The translations under genes were made by a program, and so were the position numbers. The notes beneath the pieces are model-generated. The model searched no databases and had not been told where the DNA came from. It saw nothing but the letters and a program-made list of their open reading frames with translations. Shown here piece by piece: positions 48,510 to 58,839 of a stretch of DNA of 64,000 nucleotides (position 1 is the stretch's first letter; the number at the start of each line of letters is the position of its first letter). Location: sequence record SRR31156797_2820; one strand, given 5' to 3'.

Positions 48510-50705
48510 TTAAGCTACTGTATCGTAACGAGAAACACGATGAACTCCTTTCAATCTTTTCAATTTCACAATCAAGGTATTCAAATGATCCGTATTAGAA
48601 ACTACAACCGTTAAATGTCCTTCGAAAGTTCCTGCATTTGATTCTACCGAGATAGATCTCATTTGCACGCGTAAATCTTTGGTGATTACTTCTGAAATAT
48701 TGGTTATCATACCCAGTTCATCGTCGCCTGTAATGTGAAGAACCGCTTGATAAGATGCGGCACCTTTTTCAGTCCAGTTTGCTTTCACAACACGGTAAGG
48801 ATATCTGCTTTGCATTTCCTTGGCATTTGAACATCCCAAACGGTGAATCCGTATGCCTTTACCTATGGTCACAAAACCAAAAATATCATCACCAAAAATT
48901 GGATTACAACATTTTGCAAGAGTATAATCTACATTTGCAATTGTTTGATCTACAATTAAAACATCTTCGCCCTCACCTTCTATTTTTCTCTTACTATAAT
49001 CCGGCATCTCTTCCGGAGCAAGTACTTCTTCTTCCTTCTCTTCTCTTGATAAAACTTCCTTAATTTCAGACAAATCATGAAGTTCTGTAGCAATTCCATA
49101 ATACAAATCTACAGCCAATTTGTATTTGTACTCCGCCATTAACTTTCGCGTATTTTCATCGCAAAACTCAATCTTCCAGTTCTTCATTCTACGCTTAAGA
49201 GTCTCTTTCCCGAGTTCCGCTTCCTTAAGCATCTCCTCCTTCATCGACTGACGAATCTTATTCTTTGCCTTGTTGGAAATTACAAAGTTCAACCAATCTG
49301 ATTTTGGTTTTTGAGAGTTAGAAGTGGTAATGGCAACCTGATCCCCATTTTTCAGTACCTGTCGAATAGAAACATTTTTCTGATTTACCGTTCCTCCAAT
49401 ACATTTCCCTCCTAAATCGGAGTGAATCGAATAGGCAAAATCGAGTAAAGTTGCCCCCGCTGGCAATTGTTTCAAATCACCTTTAGGCGTAAAAACATAG
49501 ATCTCTTTATTGTATAAATCAGCCTTAAACTTATCTATCAAATCAATTGAATTACTCTCTTGACTTTCCAGTACCTCACGGATATCTTGCAACCAATTGT
49601 CAAGTCCACCCTCGCCCTTTCCTCCTTTGTATTTCCAGTGTGCCGCGAATCCTTGCTCTGCGATCTTGTTCATCCTCTTCGAACGAATCTGCACTTCTAC
49701 CCAACGATTTTGAGGACCCAATACCGTTGTATGTAATGATTCATATCCATTTGACTTAGGAATGGTTATCCAATCTCTCAAGCGTTCGGGGTTAGGGCGA
49801 TACAAATCACTTACTGCAGAGTAGACTTTCCAGCACTCCGATTTCTCTTTCTTAGCTGATGCCTTTAAAATAATTCGAATGGCAAAAATATCGTACACCT
49901 CCTCAAACTCAACCTGCTTTTTCTTCATTTTATGAAGTATGGAAGCTATGGTTTTAGTTCGTGCCTTAATCTTGTATTTTATTCCTTGCGAATCAAGTTC
50001 GTTTTTGATAGGATCAACAAAATCATGAATGAACTGAGCACGCTCTTCTTCAGAATCCTTAAGCTTTTGAACAATCTCGAAATAAACCTCTGGCTTTAAG
50101 TAACGTAAAGCCAAATCTTCCATATCAGATTTTACATTGTACATGCCCAGGCGATGTGCCAAAGGAATGTAAAGAAATTCAATTTCTTTAGCCAAATCAA
50201 GTTGTTCTTGTTTTGGCTTATGCTCCATATTTCGCAAATGAAATAATCGGTCGGCTAAAATGATTAAAACCACTCGTACGTCATCAGCAAAACTCAAAAG
50301 TAATTTTCTAAAATTCTCAGAATGTTGAGTTAATCCCTGATTGTAAATATCAGTTACCTTAACAAGACCTGTGATAATTTGACCTACTTTAGATCCAAAC
50401 AGTTCGGTAATTTCATCAATATTTACATGTTCTTTTTGAACGATATCATATAAAAGAGCGCAGATTACTGATGTTCTCCCTAAGCCCAACTCTTCAACAA
50501 CAATTTGTGCCACCGAAAGTGAACGGTAAATGGCTGGATCACCATTACTTCTCCTTTCCCCTTCATGATCTTGTAAGCTTAAATCAAACGCTTTTCTTAT
50601 CAATTTGATATCTGCTCGGGAAATGATATTCCTACAGGTCTTAAGTAAATGTTTGTACCTATATAATATTTGCCTTCTTTCTTCTTCTCTATTGAATTCT
50701 GTCAT
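48510..50705 (-). CDS. relA: Long RelA/SpoT homologue, (p)ppGpp synthetase with degenerate hydrolase domain
   Basis: LADRL, PLAHRLG, YDIFAIR, RDWITIPKSNGYESLHTTV, EVQIR, AAHWKY, TGS (FTPKG), AKCCNP and ACT domains; LHD replaced by LYD. Confidence 0.9.
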   Translation of the reverse strand: MTEFNREEERRQILYRYKHLLKTCRNIISRADIKLIRKAFDLSLQDHEGERRSNGDPAIYRSLSVAQIVVEELGLGRTSVICALLYDIVQKEHVNIDEITELFGSKVGQIITGLVKVTDIYNQGLTQHSENFRKLLLSFADDVRVVLIILADRLFHLRNMEHKPKQEQLDLAKEIEFLYIPLAHRLGMYNVKSDMEDLALRYLKPEVYFEIVQKLKDSEEERAQFIHDFVDPIKNELDSQGIKYKIKARTKTIASILHKMKKKQVEFEEVYDIFAIRIILKASAKKEKSECWKVYSAVSDLYRPNPERLRDWITIPKSNGYESLHTTVLGPQNRWVEVQIRSKRMNKIAEQGFAAHWKYKGGKGEGGLDNWLQDIREVLESQESNSIDLIDKFKADLYNKEIYVFTPKGDLKQLPAGATLLDFAYSIHSDLGGKCIGGTVNQKNVSIRQVLKNGDQVAITTSNSQKPKSDWLNFVISNKAKNKIRQSMKEEMLKEAELGKETLKRRMKNWKIEFCDENTRKLMAEYKYKLAVDLYYGIATELHDLSEIKEVLSREEKEEEVLAPEEMPDYSKRKIEGEGEDVLIVDQTIANVDYTLAKCCNPIFGDDIFGFVTIGKGIRIHRLGCSNAKEMQSRYPYRVVKANWTEKGAASYQAVLHITGDDELGMITNISEVITKDLRVQMRSISVESNAGTFEGHLTVVVSNTDHLNTLIVKLKRLKGVHRVSRYDTVA

Positions 50706-51017
50706 AATTTTCTCACTTAAACAAGAAATATTCACACATCGGCATTTTTACGAAAAATGTTATAAGCCCTGTCTTAAAATTAATCGACATGAAGCATGTC
50801 GTTTTTTTTTTAGCTCACTAAAAGTATAAAAGCTATTAAATAATGACAAGTGGATTAATACTTTTTAACGTATTTAAAACAATAGAGAATTTACAAAAAA
50901 TTCCTAAGACATTCCAGTTTATCTCATTATCAATTCATTGCTATTTTATTCTAACAGGTATGCTAAAAACTGTATGGATTTGTTAAATTTGTTAGCTCAG
51001 GAAGCAAAAAATAGAGA

Positions 51018-51722
51018 ATGTATTCAACTAATTCAAATCGTATACTTTTTACAAGAAACTTATCGGATGATCATTATGATTTCGGTAATAAAATTGGACT
51101 TCAATTAAGCGATCATGCCTTTATTGATATAAAAATCAACACTCTTGGGAAAAGAGAAATTGAATTACTTGAATCAGAATCGAAAGCCGATTGGATATTT
51201 ACAAGTCGGAATGCAGTAAAGAGTCTTGAACCGATTCTATCTAAATTAGTTCTTGATGAAAATCACAAAATTTATGCTGTTGGAAAAAAAACTGCAGAAG
51301 AACTATCCAAAATTGGTTTACAAGCTATAGTTCCATTAACTCACAATGCAAAGGCTTTGGTCGAATTGTTAGAGAAAGACAAAGCCGAAAGCTACATTTA
51401 TTTCTCAGGAAATATTAGAAAAAACACAATTGTAAATTTCTTTAACGAGAATGAAATCTATTACCAGGAGGTTGAGTGCTACAAAACTAGCTTAATTCAA
51501 CCTGAGATTGATGTTGATAATTTTGATGCCATTTGCTTTTGCAGTCCAAGTGCAATTGTTAGTTTTTTTAAAAAATACAAGCTTAAAAGTTCTATTCCAT
51601 GCATTGCCATTGGCAATTCATCCGCAGTTAAGCTATTAGATTATACCGAGCATGTCGTAATGTCTGAAAAGGCTAACATCTACTCCATGCTTGAAATTTG
51701 TAACGAATATTTAAACTCATAA
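51018..51722 (+). CDS. hemD: Uroporphyrinogen-III synthase
   Basis: WIFTSRNAV, YAVGKKTAEEL, VECYKT, FCSPSAI, CIAIGNSSA; adjacent to hemL. Confidence 0.85.
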   Translation: MYSTNSNRILFTRNLSDDHYDFGNKIGLQLSDHAFIDIKINTLGKREIELLESESKADWIFTSRNAVKSLEPILSKLVLDENHKIYAVGKKTAEELSKIGLQAIVPLTHNAKALVELLEKDKAESYIYFSGNIRKNTIVNFFNENEIYYQEVECYKTSLIQPEIDVDNFDAICFCSPSAIVSFFKKYKLKSSIPCIAIGNSSAVKLLDYTEHVVMSEKANIYSMLEICNEYLNS

Positions 51723-51733
51723 AATAACACACT

Positions 51734-53026
51734 ATGTACCAGTACAAAAGAAGTTCTGAACTTTTCGATGAAGCAAACAAATACATTCCAGGAGGAGTAA
51801 ATTCGCCTGTTAGAGCTTTTAATTCAGTAGGTGGAACTCCTGTTTTTATCGAAAAAGCAAAAGGAAGTATTCTTACTGATGCTGATGGAAACGAATATAT
51901 CGACTACATTTCATCATGGGGACCAATGATCTTAGGACATGCATATCCTAAAGTTATTGATGCAATTAAGGCTAAAGTTGAAGATTCAACCTCATTTGGC
52001 GCACCTACAGCCTTAGAAATTGATATCGCCAAGTTAATTGTTGATATGGTTCCAAATATTGATAAGGTAAGAATGGTAAACTCGGGAACGGAAGCATGTA
52101 TGAGTGCAATTCGTGTTGCCAGAGGATATACCGGACGAAATAAATTTATCAAATTCGAAGGTTGTTATCACGGACATGCTGATTCATTCTTGATTAAGGC
52201 AGGTAGTGGAGCCAGTACCTTTGGTGTACCCAATTCCCCTGGCGTTACTCCTGGAACCGCTAATGACACTTTAACGGCAAAGTACAATGACATAGAAGCG
52301 GTAAAACAATTAGTAGAAGAAAATAAAGGTGAAGTTGCCGCTATTATCATTGAAGCCATTGCTGGTAACATGGGATGTGTACTTCCTAAGAAAGGATTTT
52401 TGGAAGATTTACGTGAACTTTGCGATAAAGAAGGCATTCTATTGATATTTGATGAAGTAATGTCAGGCTTCCGTTTAGGAAAAGGTGGTGCTCAGGAATA
52501 TTTTGGCATCAAAGCCGATTTGGTAACCTTTGGTAAGGTAATTGGTGGAGGAATGCCTGTAGGTGCTTATGCCGGTCCTGATGAAATTATGAAAGTAGTT
52601 TCTCCTGTAGGTCCAGTTTATCAAGCTGGAACTTTATCGGGAAATCCAATTGCTATGATTGCTGGCTATACTCTATTAAAAGAGTTGAATGAAAATCCTC
52701 AATATTTCACAGAACTTGCTGATAAAACCGAATATCTTCACAAAGGATTGGACAAAGTATTAACAGCATCAGAATTCGATTACAAAATTAATCGCTGTGG
52801 TTCCATGATCAGCGTTTTCTTTACGGATACCGAAGTTGTTGATTTTGATTCAGCCGCAACAGCAAATAACGAAAAGTTCCCTAAATTTTTCCATGAAATG
52901 TTGAAGAGAGGTATTTACCTTCCACCTTCATCTTTCGAAAGTTATTTCTTATCTAATTCATTAACTTACGAAATGTTGGATAAAACCATTCAGGCAGCTA
53001 AAGAATCTTTAGAGGCGATGAAATAA
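51734..53026 (+). CDS. hemL: Glutamate-1-semialdehyde 2,1-aminomutase
   Basis: [69 protein letters not shown]. Confidence 0.97.
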   Translation: MYQYKRSSELFDEANKYIPGGVNSPVRAFNSVGGTPVFIEKAKGSILTDADGNEYIDYISSWGPMILGHAYPKVIDAIKAKVEDSTSFGAPTALEIDIAKLIVDMVPNIDKVRMVNSGTEACMSAIRVARGYTGRNKFIKFEGCYHGHADSFLIKAGSGASTFGVPNSPGVTPGTANDTLTAKYNDIEAVKQLVEENKGEVAAIIIEAIAGNMGCVLPKKGFLEDLRELCDKEGILLIFDEVMSGFRLGKGGAQEYFGIKADLVTFGKVIGGGMPVGAYAGPDEIMKVVSPVGPVYQAGTLSGNPIAMIAGYTLLKELNENPQYFTELADKTEYLHKGLDKVLTASEFDYKINRCGSMISVFFTDTEVVDFDSAATANNEKFPKFFHEMLKRGIYLPPSSFESYFLSNSLTYEMLDKTIQAAKESLEAMK

Positions 53027-53032
53027 TATTCT

Positions 53033-53062
53033 TAAGAGTCTCACATCGATGTGAGACTCTTA
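53033..53062. terminator. 30-bp perfect palindrome after hemL (terminator-like hairpin)
   Basis: TAAGAGTCTCACATCGATGTGAGACTCTTA. Confidence 0.6.
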
Positions 53063-53096
53063 TATTCCCATAATTGAACTTCCTAACCCCAGCAAA

Positions 53097-54038
53097 ATGA
53101 TTATCACAAAAGAACACTTAATAGAAACCCACAAAAGAATAAAGCCATTTATTCACAAAACACCTGTAATGAGTTCTCAGCTAATCAATGAGATTGTTGG
53201 TGCTGAAATCTACTTTAAGTGTGAGAATTTTCAGAAAATGGGCGCCTTTAAAATGCGTGGTGCAACCAATGCTATTCTTCAGTTAACAAAAACAGAAAAA
53301 GAATTTGGTGTTGCTACTCATTCGTCTGGTAATTTCGCTCAAGCATTGGCTTTAGCTGCTAAATTGCAAGGCATAAAAGCATATGTGGTAATGCCATCGA
53401 ATGCTCCCGAAATTAAGAAAACTGCGGTAAAAGGCTACGGTGGCGAAGTAATTGAATGTACGCCGACTCTTGAAGCCCGAGAAACCACATTAAATGAAGT
53501 TGTGAATAAAACCGGTGCAATTTTCCTTCATCCTTATAATGATTACCAGGTGATACAAGGGCAAGGGACTGCTGCAATGGAATTATTCGAAGAGCACGAC
53601 AATTTAGATACTCTTTTTGCTCCAGTTGGTGGTGGTGGATTACTTGCAGGAACCGCTATGGCAGCCCATCATTTTTCCCCAAAAACGAGTGTAATTGCAG
53701 GAGAACCTATGGGAGCAGATGATGCCTGGCAATCTTTCCAGAAAGGTAAAATAATTCCTCAAACCAATCCCAACACCATTGCCGATGGACTGTTAACCTC
53801 ACTAGGAGATAAAACATTCCCAATCATTAAAGACTATGTGAAGGACATCGTTCGTATTGAAGAAAGCGAAATAATTGAAGCAATGCGATTGATTTGGGAG
53901 CGAATGAAACTTGTGGTTGAACCATCTAGTGCCGTCGCGCTTGCTGCACTACTAAAGCACAAAGAAAAATATCAGGGAAAGAAAATTGGAGTTATCCTTT
54001 CTGGTGGTAATGTTCAACTAAGTAAACTGCCATTTTAA
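53097..54038 (+). CDS. PLP-dependent serine/threonine dehydratase / serine racemase-like enzyme (no regulatory domain)
   Basis: FKCENFQKMGAFKMRGA, SSGNFAQA, PVGGGGLL, TIADGL, VEPSSAV, LSGGN. Confidence 0.9.
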   Translation: MIITKEHLIETHKRIKPFIHKTPVMSSQLINEIVGAEIYFKCENFQKMGAFKMRGATNAILQLTKTEKEFGVATHSSGNFAQALALAAKLQGIKAYVVMPSNAPEIKKTAVKGYGGEVIECTPTLEARETTLNEVVNKTGAIFLHPYNDYQVIQGQGTAAMELFEEHDNLDTLFAPVGGGGLLAGTAMAAHHFSPKTSVIAGEPMGADDAWQSFQKGKIIPQTNPNTIADGLLTSLGDKTFPIIKDYVKDIVRIEESEIIEAMRLIWERMKLVVEPSSAVALAALLKHKEKYQGKKIGVILSGGNVQLSKLPF

Positions 54039-54051
54039 TTCAAAATACTTT

Positions 54052-54564
54052 ATGGATTTAGAAAAATTGCTCGATCCCTTCCCCATTAAAAAAGAAGCAG
54101 AATTAGTTGCCCATAGTATTGCCGAAGATCCTAAACACGTTAAGGCATTATGGGAAATATGTATTAGTGATCAAAAACACTCCTGGCGTTCCACCTGGTT
54201 AATGGATAAAGTTTATAATGTAGCGCCAGAATTGGTTCGTCCTTTTATCCCAAAAATGATAGAGCTGATTCCTACACTGGAAAACGAAAGCAAGCAAAGG
54301 CAATACTTAAAATTAATCAGTTCAGAACCTCTCCCTGGGAATATCTCAGGGGATTTTATCAATAGATGTTTCGATTTATTAATTTCTTCGACAACCGCCA
54401 TTGCTGTAAAAATTCATGCCATGCAAATCCTCTACAATTTCTCACAAAAAGAACCAGACATTAAAAATGAATTGGCTCTTATTATTGAAGAACAAATGGA
54501 AAATGGCACCGCTGGCTTTTGCTCAAGAGGAAGGAAAATTTTAAAGAAGCTACATCACACCTGA
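54052..54564 (+). CDS. Conserved hypothetical helical-repeat protein
   Basis: 170 aa; SWRSTWLM, CFDLL...AIAVKIHAMQIL...EPDIKNEL...AGFCSRGRKIL pattern; co-transcribed with the dehydratase. Confidence 0.65.
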   Translation: MDLEKLLDPFPIKKEAELVAHSIAEDPKHVKALWEICISDQKHSWRSTWLMDKVYNVAPELVRPFIPKMIELIPTLENESKQRQYLKLISSEPLPGNISGDFINRCFDLLISSTTAIAVKIHAMQILYNFSQKEPDIKNELALIIEEQMENGTAGFCSRGRKILKKLHHT

Positions 54565-54567
54565 TTT

Positions 54568-55026
54568 CTATCCATTAGAAATGGTGATTCCTTCGTGCGC
54601 TATTTCAATCGATTCTATTGCAACTTCATTACCATCCGATTTTAAATCGGTACCCGTAATTTTTGTTGGCCAGGCATTTGCCAATACCCAGACCATTGTA
54701 GGATTACCACCTTCATCTATTAAACTGATCGTTACAGACACTCTCTTTATCGTATTCATTTTAATTTGAGAATACCAATCCCAAAACTTATTGTCAGATT
54801 TAAAGATCCCTTTCTTCATTGTAACATTACCCGTTTTTTTAATCCCAGGCATTTTAATCGTCGAAAATTCAGGACTGTCTCCATGTCTATATTCAATTGG
54901 TTGAGCTTCGGTATCCAATCCTGAAACTTCTTGGAAAGACATCACCTCGCAATCCCATTTAACTTCGAAATAAAATTTTGGCATTGGCCATACATTCGTC
55001 GATTGAGCTGATCCATCATCTGCCAT
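54568..55026 (-). CDS. Phage-tail-like tube protein (T4 gp19 / eCIS Afp1-Afp5 type)
   Basis: WPMPKFYFEV, FQEVSGLD.E...IEYRHG, KMPGIKKTGNVTMKKG, FWDW, ISLIDEGG.P...W.L.NAWPTKITG.DLKSDGNEVAIESIEIAHEG. Confidence 0.93.
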   Translation of the reverse strand: MADDGSAQSTNVWPMPKFYFEVKWDCEVMSFQEVSGLDTEAQPIEYRHGDSPEFSTIKMPGIKKTGNVTMKKGIFKSDNKFWDWYSQIKMNTIKRVSVTISLIDEGGNPTMVWVLANAWPTKITGTDLKSDGNEVAIESIEIAHEGITISNG

Positions 55027-55060
55027 AACTATTTTTTTATAATTTATAATTCCTAATGTC

Positions 55061-55245
55061 TTATAATTTTTGCATCTGTAGCTGGAAAGTAATTAAACGG
55101 CTGCTGCCACCCAGCCCTTACTTCCATTTTCGGCCTTTTCTGTATGACCAATAAATACAGGGACTGCCGTAGCTACTTGCACTACGGAATTTGGAAAGGC
55201 ATTTTTCTCAACAATATAAACGCCCGGTGTTTTCATAGTTCCCAT
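55061..55245 (-). pseudogene. Internally deleted contractile tail sheath gene (eCIS type)
   Basis: 55245..55093 encodes MGTMKTPGVYIVEKNAFPNSVVQVATAVPVFIGHTEKAENGSK... (sheath N-terminus); 55093..55061 in another frame encodes ITFQLQMQKL* (sheath C-terminus). Confidence 0.85.
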
Positions 55246-55379
55246 AAGTAAAAATTAAATGTGTGAAAATATAGTTAAATAATTATCCACATTAAATATA
55301 TCACTTAATAACATATTAAAGAACTTATGTTTTAAATTATTTATGAAGCTGAATTCAAATCAATATTTAAATTTTACCC

Positions 55380-55400
55380 TGTAGTCATAAAACGACTACA
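55380..55400. promoter_or_regulatory. Palindromic candidate regulator site upstream of the sheath relic
   Basis: TGTAGTC-N7-GACTACA. Confidence 0.4.
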
Positions 55401-55603
55401 CCTAGACTCTCTTAATGACATTATATATTGAATTTTAACTTAGTTCGGAGTATTAGATTTGAAAAATACAAACTACATATAAGTCTACAAGCATGAATCA
55501 ATATTAATACACATCTATGAAATGTTAATTAATATTTTTATTTATCAGTAAAATGTTACTAATTTGCATATTGTACAATTAGGATATTATAGAATAAAGA
55601 TTA

Positions 55604-56272
55604 ATGACGAAAGAAAAGGATTTTTCAATAACTGAAGAAGAAAAAAAGTTGCTTAGGGATAATGCAATCAATAACGAGCTGGACAGACTCACAAATACAC
55701 TTAAAAGAAAAAGAAAGATAATTTTATTCTATAGAATATTATTCATCTGCTTGCTTGGTATTACTGTTTCTTTTCTCTATCACAAACAGAGCAAAAAGCC
55801 TTTGGAGAAATCAATTGTTAAGAATGACAAGAAAGAAATAGTTCCTCCTAAAAAAGAAAAAACGCCAACTAAAACCCGAAAAACTCAATTGCCTACAATT
55901 GTATACTATACAGTATTCTTCGCCAATGAAAATTCATATCCTTTGGCACAGTTCAAAAACCTAGAAAATGCAAAAAAATTCTGTAAAGCTTTGGATCAAA
56001 TGAATTTACCTGCAAGCCAAATTCTAACTGATTCTATCTATAGAAGCCGAGAAAAACTTCAAGAAAAGAATTATCCTTATCGTTATGCAGTGCAGCTAGG
56101 AGCGTACAATCATGATATCTTGAAAAAATTCAAGAACAATTTAATATGGATGACAGAAGAAGAAGAGGAAGATTATTTCAAGTACAGAATTGCTCCTTTT
56201 TATGGATTTTCAAAAAGTCAGGATTTCACAGGTAAAATTGAACTTAACGAACCATATATTTTACCAATTTAA
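55604..56272 (+). CDS. Membrane-anchored hypothetical protein with a SPOR-like C-terminus
   Basis: One TM helix, Lys/Pro-rich linker, YAVQLGAY and FKYRIAPF motifs. Confidence 0.55.
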   Translation: MTKEKDFSITEEEKKLLRDNAINNELDRLTNTLKRKRKIILFYRILFICLLGITVSFLYHKQSKKPLEKSIVKNDKKEIVPPKKEKTPTKTRKTQLPTIVYYTVFFANENSYPLAQFKNLENAKKFCKALDQMNLPASQILTDSIYRSREKLQEKNYPYRYAVQLGAYNHDILKKFKNNLIWMTEEEEEDYFKYRIAPFYGFSKSQDFTGKIELNEPYILPI

Positions 56273-56406
56273 TTAAAACTTTAATGTAAATTGGCTTTAA
56301 TTTATTCCACATTACCATTTATAACCAAACAGTCATATATTTGAAACAATATTGGATTTAAAATTTATCTCGTGATAATAAATTTGCCGATTTTTATTAG
56401 TGTATT

Positions 56407-57651
56407 ATGAAAGAATCTTTACAAATGCCTAAATGGATGCTTGATAAATGGCAAGGAATTGCCGATTTGCTTGCTGATTTATTATCCATTCCTGCGGCTT
56501 TGATCATGAAAGCAGCAGATCAACAAATGGAAGTATATATAACTAGTAATTCGAAAAATAATCCATATAAAGTTGGTGACAAAGAAGATTGGCATGGTTT
56601 ATATTGCGAAACAGTAATCAAATCGAAAGAAAAACTTCTGATTTCAAATGCTTTAATAAATAAGGACTGGGATCAAAATCCCGATATTAAACTCGGAATG
56701 ATTGCTTACTTGGGTTACCCGTTATTTTATCCTGATAATTCACCTTTTGGAACAATTTGTATTTTAGATGATAAGGAGAATCATTTTTCTGTACTACATG
56801 AAAAAATTCTTCTACAATTTAAACAGGTAATAGAATTAGACCTGGCCTTAGTTACGTCATTTGAGCTTCAATCTTCTGAAATGATTAATACAATTAATGA
56901 ACAACAGAAACAACTTAAAGAGCAAAACAATGCCTTACAAAAAGCAAAAGAAAAAGCAGAGGAAGGAAATCGATTAAAATCGGCTTTTCTACAAAATATC
57001 TCTCATGAAATTAGAACTCCTTTAAATGCAGTTGTTGGGTTTTCGGAACTTTTGACTTTGCCTAACCTAACTAACGAAAAAAGAGATTATTTTTCTTCGA
57101 TTATTATAAAAAACTCAGATCAATTACTTTCGATTGTATCTGATATTCTAACCGTATCTGCAATTGAAACAGATCAGCAAAAAGTTAATATCGAGGATAC
57201 ATGTCTCGATTCATTATTACAAGATCTTGAAGATATTTACCGACAAAAGTATGATGGCAAAGGGATTGAATTGATTAAGAGAATTCCTGAAAACCTAAGA
57301 AGATACAAAATTAAAACTGATAAAACCAAGGTAAACCAGATTATCACAAATTTACTAAACAATGCATTTAAATTTACTGATAATGGTTCTATCGAATTTG
57401 GCGTTGATTTTAAAAATAATTATTGTGAATTTTTTGTGAAAGATAGTGGCATTGGGATACCAGAAGATATGCAGGATGAAATCTTTAATCGATTTACACA
57501 AACAAACGAGACCATAAGTGAATTATATGGAGGAATTGGTTTAGGACTTTCTATTTCTAAAGCTTTTGTTGAATTATTAGGTGGAAAAATTTGGATGAAA
57601 TCGGAAGTTGGTAAAGGTTCCAACTTCTATTTTACTCTGCCCTTTAAATAA
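56407..57651 (+). CDS. GAF-domain sensor histidine kinase (cytoplasmic, orphan)
   Basis: GLYCETVI...IAYLGYPL..PD.SPFGTICILD (GAF); FLQNISHEIRTPLN (HisKA); NLLNNAFKFT, DSGIGI, GIGLGLSI (HATPase). Confidence 0.92.
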   Translation: MKESLQMPKWMLDKWQGIADLLADLLSIPAALIMKAADQQMEVYITSNSKNNPYKVGDKEDWHGLYCETVIKSKEKLLISNALINKDWDQNPDIKLGMIAYLGYPLFYPDNSPFGTICILDDKENHFSVLHEKILLQFKQVIELDLALVTSFELQSSEMINTINEQQKQLKEQNNALQKAKEKAEEGNRLKSAFLQNISHEIRTPLNAVVGFSELLTLPNLTNEKRDYFSSIIIKNSDQLLSIVSDILTVSAIETDQQKVNIEDTCLDSLLQDLEDIYRQKYDGKGIELIKRIPENLRRYKIKTDKTKVNQIITNLLNNAFKFTDNGSIEFGVDFKNNYCEFFVKDSGIGIPEDMQDEIFNRFTQTNETISELYGGIGLGLSISKAFVELLGGKIWMKSEVGKGSNFYFTLPFK

Positions 57652-57657
57652 GACATT

Positions 57658-57689
57658 AAAAAAGGAGAAAGTTACTGACTTTCTCCTTT
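57658..57689. terminator. Bidirectional terminator between the kinase and hemE
   Basis: aaaaaaggagaaagt-tactg-actttctccttt. Confidence 0.85.
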
Positions 57690-57717
57690 GTATTTATTTC
57701 TCTATATCTGATTTTCA

Positions 57718-58749
57718 CTATCTTCCCCAATCTGAATCTTTTACTTTCTTCACCAAATATTCCACATTTTCTACAGGAATTGATGGAAGTAAACCATGTC
57801 CCAGGTTGAAAATCCATTTGTGATCTTTTCTACCATAATTCAAATAATACTCAAATTCACGATCAATGGCTTCTGGTGTAGATTCCAAAATTCTTGGATC
57901 GAAATTACCTTGTAGAATCATCTCCTCTCCTACAATACTTCTAACTTCGTGTAGTGGCATCTGCCAATCAACACTAACACAGTCACACAAATCGTAATTC
58001 ACCATATTAATACCAGTTCCCAATCCTTTAGGAAGATAAATGGTCTTCACTCCTTTTTCACGCACTGCACCTAAAATTGCCTTTACCGACGGTAAAAATA
58101 CTTCCTTATACAATTCAACCGGAATAAGTCCAGCATGGGTTTCAAACAACTGAAATGCCTGCACACCATGCTCTACTTGTTTTAATGCATAATGAATACT
58201 CATTTCCGTTATTTTAGCCACAACTTTCTTCATCAATTCCTTATCGCGGTATATGGCAGGAACAAAATCAGGAAAATTCTGATTGCGGCTAAATCCTTGA
58301 TACATGTAACAAAGTGTTGTTAACGGACCACCACAAAATCCAATCAAAGGAATATTTGCAGGCTTGATTTCCAGGATTCGATCAATAGCCTTATAGATGT
58401 GCTCTAATTTTTCAGGCTTTTCTGTTAGAAAATCCAATGGATCATTAACATCCTTTAATGCAGTTGCGAAACTAGGCCCTTTCCCTTCAAAACTTAACTC
58501 CATTCCCAAAGCTTCAGGAATTACCAAAATATCAGAAAATAAGATTGCTGCATCAACACCTAAATCGTGAATTGGCAACATGGTAACATCAGCCGCCAAA
58601 TTAGGCGTTTCCATCATCTCTTTGAATCCGTATTTTTCACGTAATTTCATATACGATGGCAATACTCTTCCCGCCTGACGCATAAACCACATTGGTGGTC
58701 TTTCTCTTTTGACTCCGTTAATCGTATCTAAAAATAATGATTGACTCAT
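57718..58749 (-). CDS. hemE: Uroporphyrinogen decarboxylase
   Basis: PMWFMRQAGRVLPSY, DAAILFSDIL, LIGFCGGP, LQGNFDP, IFNLGHG. Confidence 0.97.
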   Translation of the reverse strand: MSQSLFLDTINGVKRERPPMWFMRQAGRVLPSYMKLREKYGFKEMMETPNLAADVTMLPIHDLGVDAAILFSDILVIPEALGMELSFEGKGPSFATALKDVNDPLDFLTEKPEKLEHIYKAIDRILEIKPANIPLIGFCGGPLTTLCYMYQGFSRNQNFPDFVPAIYRDKELMKKVVAKITEMSIHYALKQVEHGVQAFQLFETHAGLIPVELYKEVFLPSVKAILGAVREKGVKTIYLPKGLGTGINMVNYDLCDCVSVDWQMPLHEVRSIVGEEMILQGNFDPRILESTPEAIDREFEYYLNYGRKDHKWIFNLGHGLLPSIPVENVEYLVKKVKDSDWGR

Positions 58750-58839
58750 CTGTAATAAATTATCAATGAATAATTAATAATGAACAATACATATTCATAA
58801 CAATTAGTCATTGGTGATTAGTAACTAGTCCGTAATAAC

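Noticed and set aside
54568-55245. Prophage or intact T6SS/eCIS locus
   Set aside because: No capsid, terminase, integrase, baseplate or spike genes; only one tube gene and a sheath remnant
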